Shown here: piece after piece, positions 59,056 through 64,000 of the stretch
How positions within the stretch are numbered: the first letter of the stretch is position 1
How the letters are laid out: every line of letters starts with the position of its first letter
Assembly (NCBI GenBank): GCA_965112735.1
Contig: OZ218953.1
Span: 1,798,001 to 1,862,000, forward strand
Length of the DNA stretch: 64,000 nucleotides
From: Phaeosaccion multiseriatum
Lineage: Eukaryota; Protista; Ochrophyta, other classes
Direction of reading: 5' to 3'
Translations under genes and position numbers: made by a program
The notes under the pieces: model-generated
Seen by the model: only the letters and a program-made list of their open reading frames with translations
What the model was told of the DNA's origin: nothing
The model's database searches: none

Positions 59056-61107
59056 ATGGAGAAAGTGGGGGCCGGCCCGACGTGGAAACAGAACCTCAAA
59101 AGGAAGCTCGCTCCGCGGAGAGTCTACGAGAGCATTTCCGCCCTCTCGGCCAGCGGGAGGTCGGGCGGAACGGGGCAGGGATCGTACCAACGAGCGTCAG
59201 AGTCCAAGGGGGAGGGATCAAGCCAACGAGCATTAGAGTCAAAGGGGGAGGGATCGCTTGAACGAGCATCAGCGGCCGGTGGCAAGCCCGTCGGTGGCCC
59301 TCCAGATGCGCAGCAGCAGTCCCGGCAGCAGCGTGCCTCTGTGGGTCTGCTTTCTTCATCTTTGGGAAAGCCTTCTGCCATCGTCAAGGCCCGATTAGAG
59401 AAGGCCGCCTCTACGAGTATGTTCTCAGTATCGTCGTCTAGAAGCCTCAGAAGTAGCGCAGCCGAGAGTGAGCAGCAGCCGCAGCAGCAGGAAGCAAAGC
59501 AACGGGTTACCCCTGGACGCGGAGTCATTACAGCCGGAAGCAAGACTGCAAAAGTGGTGGCGTCAATAGCAGGAGCGACTCGAGGACTAGGGAGCTCCCG
59601 ACGCGGTGCGCCAGATCAAGACGGCGATGGCGCATCTGTCGGAGGGGCCTCGGCGGTGTCTGCCGTGCCAAGTTACGATGAGCTAGACGTGCTTACACAA
59701 GGATGGACTCTGAACGAGATCTCCTGTGACACAGAGGCCATGGCCGCCTTTCAAAGGTACATAGAGGTCAATTTTTGTGAGGAGTCGCTCAACTTTCTCC
59801 GAGCTGTACGCGAGTACCGGGGAGCGCAAGCGCTGTGGTTGGGATCTGTACCTGCAGCTCTGGAGGCGCAAGCAGACGTAGCGGCCGAAGCAGCGGCCAC
59901 AGCCGCCACAGGGGGCATGACAGCAGTGGGGAAGAAGACGGGAGGCGACGCGAATGCAGCATCGGCAGTAGCAGCAGCAGTGCCACCACTGGCAGCGGAG
60001 GGAGAGGAGGAGGAAGCACCGATCGAAGCAGACGGGGAGGCGAGTAGCAAGAGAGCTCGACGCTACGGAGCGAGGTCGCCATGTGAGATAAGCTTGGCGC
60101 GAGTTCTCTCGGCAGCGGCCGCCAACACCGTCCTGGAAGCGAACAATTCAGAGGCGGTAGCACCAGCACCAGCACCAGCACCAGCAGCACCAGCACCAGC
60201 ACCAGCACCAGCACCAGCAGCAGCAGCACCAGCAACACAAGCGGCAGCAGAGCCAGCAGCAGGAGCCAACACCAGCCTTCCACGGAATAGTTCAGAGGGG
60301 GTAGTATTAGAACGCTCGTTGTCACGGTGGACGACGCTGCGAAGCACCAAAGCCGCAGCTGGTGAGCAGCAGAAAACAAAGTCCATGGGCTGGTCTGCTC
60401 TGATGCGAAGGGCTCACACAGCACGCTCAGTGCTGCCAGTCGACGGGCCTACGAAAGACGATGAGGAAAAAGAAGAGCAAGAAGGAGAGAGCAAGCCGAG
60501 CAAGTCTCCTCCCCGCCTCACCGCCTTGTTGAAGTTCAGACACGCCGCCTTCATGGCCATCGTCAGCGAGTACGTGGTGACGGGTGGTCGGAACGAGGTG
60601 AACATTGGAAGCAGGGACCGCAAGGGTGTGCTTCGGTATACGAATAGTCATGGCTTCTGCTTGCTGTCCACAGAAGAGCAGCGGGCAGTGTTCGACGCGG
60701 CAGCTGTCGAGATTCATCACATGCTCGAATCCAACTGGCTCACGGAGTTTCTGCAGACAGAGGAGTTCCGTCAGGCGGTGATGAAGAGCAGCAACAGCTC
60801 CCCATCCACCGCAGAACCGCCACCACCAGCAGGAGCAGGAGCAGCAGCAGCAGCAGCAGTTGCAGTGAGCCCACCCAGTGGCGGCAGCAGTGCATCAAGC
60901 AGCTCTGCGGCCACAATTGTCGCTGGACCCGGCCCTGGCTGTAGCGATGACGCACGGAACCATATCTCTACTCCGTTGCAAGGGGAGGGCAAGCTCAACT
61001 CGGTAGGGCCCGACGGGCATATCTTCGGGTCTATCGAGCAAAACAAGTCGACCATACCAATTATCGCGAGCGGCAAAATCGTGGACGAGATGCATTGTTG
61101 GGAGTGA
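59056..61107 (+). CDS. RGS-domain protein (split RGS), single exon, 683 aa
   Basis: LNEI..AMAAFQRYIEVNFCEESLNFLRAVREY and IVSEYVVTGGRNEVNIGSRDR..VFDAAAVEIHHMLESNWLTEFLQTEEF. Confidence 0.85.
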   Translation: MEKVGAGPTWKQNLKRKLAPRRVYESISALSASGRSGGTGQGSYQRASESKGEGSSQRALESKGEGSLERASAAGGKPVGGPPDAQQQSRQQRASVGLLSSSLGKPSAIVKARLEKAASTSMFSVSSSRSLRSSAAESEQQPQQQEAKQRVTPGRGVITAGSKTAKVVASIAGATRGLGSSRRGAPDQDGDGASVGGASAVSAVPSYDELDVLTQGWTLNEISCDTEAMAAFQRYIEVNFCEESLNFLRAVREYRGAQALWLGSVPAALEAQADVAAEAAATAATGGMTAVGKKTGGDANAASAVAAAVPPLAAEGEEEEAPIEADGEASSKRARRYGARSPCEISLARVLSAAAANTVLEANNSEAVAPAPAPAPAAPAPAPAPAPAAAAPATQAAAEPAAGANTSLPRNSSEGVVLERSLSRWTTLRSTKAAAGEQQKTKSMGWSALMRRAHTARSVLPVDGPTKDDEEKEEQEGESKPSKSPPRLTALLKFRHAAFMAIVSEYVVTGGRNEVNIGSRDRKGVLRYTNSHGFCLLSTEEQRAVFDAAAVEIHHMLESNWLTEFLQTEEFRQAVMKSSNSSPSTAEPPPPAGAGAAAAAAVAVSPPSGGSSASSSSAATIVAGPGPGCSDDARNHISTPLQGEGKLNSVGPDGHIFGSIEQNKSTIPIIASGKIVDEMHCWE

Positions 61108-61570
61108 ATCATGACGGCGCTGTGTGGCCAGCGAAAGAGCAGGGGCGTTCAATTTTTGTAATCAGAATGAATCACACGCACGCACGCGCGCACACACACA
61201 CACACGTGCTTATTCTTCTCATAGCCGCTGCCTGGAGATGAGACCACAAGTCCCCACCCCCTGTGTGTGATTGGGAGGCTACGATACCATGCAGTAGCCT
61301 GCTCAGCCTGCTCGACAAGTGAGAGCATCGCGCATACGACCATGCTGATTGAGGAGGGCAGTGGTGGGAAGGCTCGTGACATGAGTAGTACACCAAACAA
61401 ACAGAACCCCCCCACTCCGTGTGGAGAGGCGGCGCACAGAGTTATACTACATATGCTTGCGCCCATTTCATTTTTTTTTATAATCAATGAACTGCAAAAT
61501 ATATATGTACACATCTCTACTTCTAACATGGCGGAGAAACGCACGACTACCGTGACAGCCAGGGTGCACG

Positions 61571-61650
61571 CGTGTTTGTGTTCAGCCTTCGAGCAGGGGT
61601 CTCCCCTTCGAGAATTCCTTTATCGCTCCAAGGCGTCATTTCCAAGCACG
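61571..61650 (-). promoter_or_regulatory. Eukaryotic SECIS element (type II-like) in the 3' UTR of the 62390-61998 gene
   Basis: Minus strand reads cgtgcttg gaa ATGAc GCCTTGGAGCG at AAA ggaattctcgaaggggagacccc TGCTCGAAGGC TGAa ca caaacacg. Helix I has 7/8 pairs, the core is AUGA/GA, helix II has 10/11 pairs, followed by unpaired AAA and an apical ministem. Confidence 0.85.
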
Positions 61651-61997
61651 GGCCGGGGTTGTAGGCAAGCCAGCAACACACGGTAGCCAAATGGGACTGA
61701 AGCCGGGACTGAGACGAGACGAGACGAGAGAAAGGCTGCCTACCCACGGGAGGCAATGCCCTCTCTCTCCTCCTATTCATCGTCCATCCATCCCATCCTG
61801 TCAAATCGTCTCCGTGTGTGCTGTGTGTCGTAGTCGTCTCATCTCGCCGTCTATATACAGGGGTCCATGGGCCAATATGGACGACAAAGTCGCCGAATCA
61901 ACGCACGTGTTAGGGGTGAAAGATGTGGGGAGAGGGGGAAGGAGAGATTTCCGTAACAGAAACTCCACCTCTTCCCTTCCTTCCCCCTTCCATCCTT

Positions 61998-62390
61998 CTA
62001 ACACGCGCTCGGTCCTCAGCTTCGCTTGGGAGGCGCAGGTAGATCCTTCATTCCCTTAATGTTAGACCCCCTTCGCCCTCCACCTCCGCCCCCCCCGCCC
62101 CCTCCACCCCCTCTCCGTCTTTGTGAGCTGTCGCCCCCTCCGTTTCTTCCTCCCTCTCGCCGCCCACCGACGTTAGAGGCAGCCATCACGACACTAAACA
62201 CTATCAAACCGGTCGCACCAAACCAGAAGAAGGACGCTGCTCCAGCTACACCAGCATAAAGGGCAGGCACCTGGAAGCCCGCCAAACCGACCGTCTTGTT
62301 CAAAAAGCCGAGGGCCCCTGGGCAGGGCCCCCCTCCTCCTCCACTAGAAGCGCTGTCCTCCACCACGACGCCATTGACGATCCTACTCAT
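61998..62390 (-). CDS. Small membrane selenoprotein candidate (SelK/SelS-like architecture; Sec at TGA 62018-62016), 130 aa
   Basis: [12 protein letters not shown].., a hydrophobic segment, then a Gly/Arg-rich tail [36 protein letters not shown] lies about 365 nt downstream of the TGA on the same strand. Confidence 0.78.
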
Positions 62391-62431
62391 GTCAGCTGCT
62401 CTACTGCCTGCTCCAGCAGGACTAGACCCCC

Positions 62432-62543
<112 letters not shown>

Positions 62544-62755
62544 GGAGAGGGCAGGGAGGGGGGGGGAGCAGAGGAGAGCAGGCAGGTAGGAAAGGGGATC
62601 ACCCTTCTCCTGTTTCCTGCTGTTACTATTCCGCCCACCCTCACCAATTTCCCCGGGGGGTCTCCTCGTCAACATTTTCTTCGACAACTTCTTCCATCTC
62701 GTGTGCAATCTTTGCTTCTCTCCATCCATACGCCAGCCAGACAGATACAACAACC

Positions 62756-63764
62756 ATGGCCTGCTGCCTCATCTGCTTCAAGGGAGATCCCGTGCCGGAC
62801 AGCAAGTATGGGGAGTACTACGGGAACCCCAACGAGTTCCAGACCGGCATGATGAAGGCGCCTCTCAAGAACCCGCTCTGGTTCCTGGGCGGCTGCCTCT
62901 GTTCGTGCTGCTCCCAGTGCTACCTGCGTAAGCGTCTGCTCGAGCAGGACATGACGAAGTACATTTGTTGCCAGGGTTACTTCCGGTGCCCGTGTGGCAA
63001 CTGCTGCACGCCCGGCGAGATGAAAGAGCAAGACTGCCCGACGTGTTGCCTATGTATTGAGAGCTTCTGCTGCTTGAGCTGTGCGGTGGCAGCCAACAGG
63101 ATGTACACGTGAGTTCTCACTGGGGAAATGTGTGGTACGCGACAGGTTGGAAATCGTCGAATGGAGCAAAGAGCTGGAGTAGTATCTTTGGGGGGGAATG
63201 GAAGAGGACTTGTGGGGCTTCCATTCTATCACCCTCTCACTCTGCCCCCCCCCCCCTTCCCCTCTCTCCTTCTCTCTCTCCTTTCTCCCTCTCTCTCTCT
63301 CTCCTTCCCTCTCTCTTCCCCTCTCCTTTCTCCCTCTCTCTCTCTCTAGCATGGACAAGTACCGCCTCGTGCCGGACAAGTGGGACAACCGAATCATCCG
63401 CTTCAACAACTTCTTGCAGGTGCGAACGCGTTGGGGTAAATTAAGCGCCACCTACATTGGTATTAAGTCGAGCCCTATGTTGTGGTATAGGGGTGTGGTC
63501 CCAGTGGTGCTGAAGACCCAAACCCTGTTCCCTTTCCCCTCCCACACTGGTTCTTCATCTCACGTACTTACTTCTCACCTTTCCCTATTGCACGCACTCA
63601 CGCACTCACCCTTCTTCCACCTCCTCTCTTGTTGTTTCTTGTGTGTCTCCTATCCTGCCCAGCTTCTGTCTTGCATCTGCAATATTCTGGCCGCCTTCGA
63701 GCCCAGTTTCAGGGAGGCCGCGCGGATCATTGATATCATCGCTGAGATCGTCTTCTACACGACG
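62756..63764 (+). CDS. PLAC8-family cysteine-rich protein; 3' partial
   Basis: CLCSCCSQCYLRKRLLEQDMTKYICCQGYF..CPTCCLCIESFCCLSCAVAANR..DNRII..LSCICNILA. Exons 62756-63108, 63350-63419, 63663-63764; the gene continues past the window. Confidence 0.85.
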
Positions 63765-64000
63765 GTAAGTGAGGAAGGGAGGGGTGGGGGGGTGGGTATG
63801 TGCTGTGCTGACTATAGAGTAGGACAGTAGGATAGATAGAACCTCTTCCTCCCTCCTTGGCGCTGCTGCTGTGTGTACCCGGGAGGACGGACAAGGGTGG
63901 AACGAAGGAAGGCAATTCGCACACACTTGTACACTTGTCGGGTGTGTGGGGCCTCGATCGTCTTTCCCATGCTTCTTCTGCCCCTGCCGCCTCTTGTGCT

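Noticed and set aside
58624-61107. Sec read-through at other TGA stops (ING, RGS, DNAI2, SWSAP1)
   Set aside because: These proteins look complete at the TGA and I found no same-strand SECIS. The element at 61571-61650 is on the strand opposite RGS.

Overview
This is a gene-dense, GC-rich eukaryotic nuclear window with GT-AG introns full of microsatellites. A tubular-mastigoneme (Ocm1/Sig1-type) gene and an outer-arm dynein IC2 gene point to a flagellated stramenopile. Genes in order: ferlin 3' end (+), unknown 226-aa protein (+), a broken zinc-ribbon ORF overlapped by a 154-bp near-perfect inverted repeat, organellar RsmH (+), SWSAP1-like protein (-), DNAI2/IC69 (+), divergent gelsolin/villin-like gene (-), two-domain PPi-dependent phosphofructokinase (+, 17 exons), mastigoneme protein (-), kelch-repeat protein (+), a giant ~4,495-aa multi-GAF/coiled-coil protein (-), ING (+), split-RGS protein (+), a small membrane protein (-) and a PLAC8-family gene (+, partial). 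Three things stand out. (1) A dispersed DNA motif, consensus GCTGTATCACCAACTGC, occurs more than 25 times in both orientations and several reading frames, inside coding sequence and an intron. (2) The small membrane protein has an in-frame TGA and a canonical SECIS in its 3' UTR, so it is a probable unannotated selenoprotein. (3) A long hairpin was formed by inverted duplication of a gene fragment. All gene models and family calls were made by eye; no database search was run.
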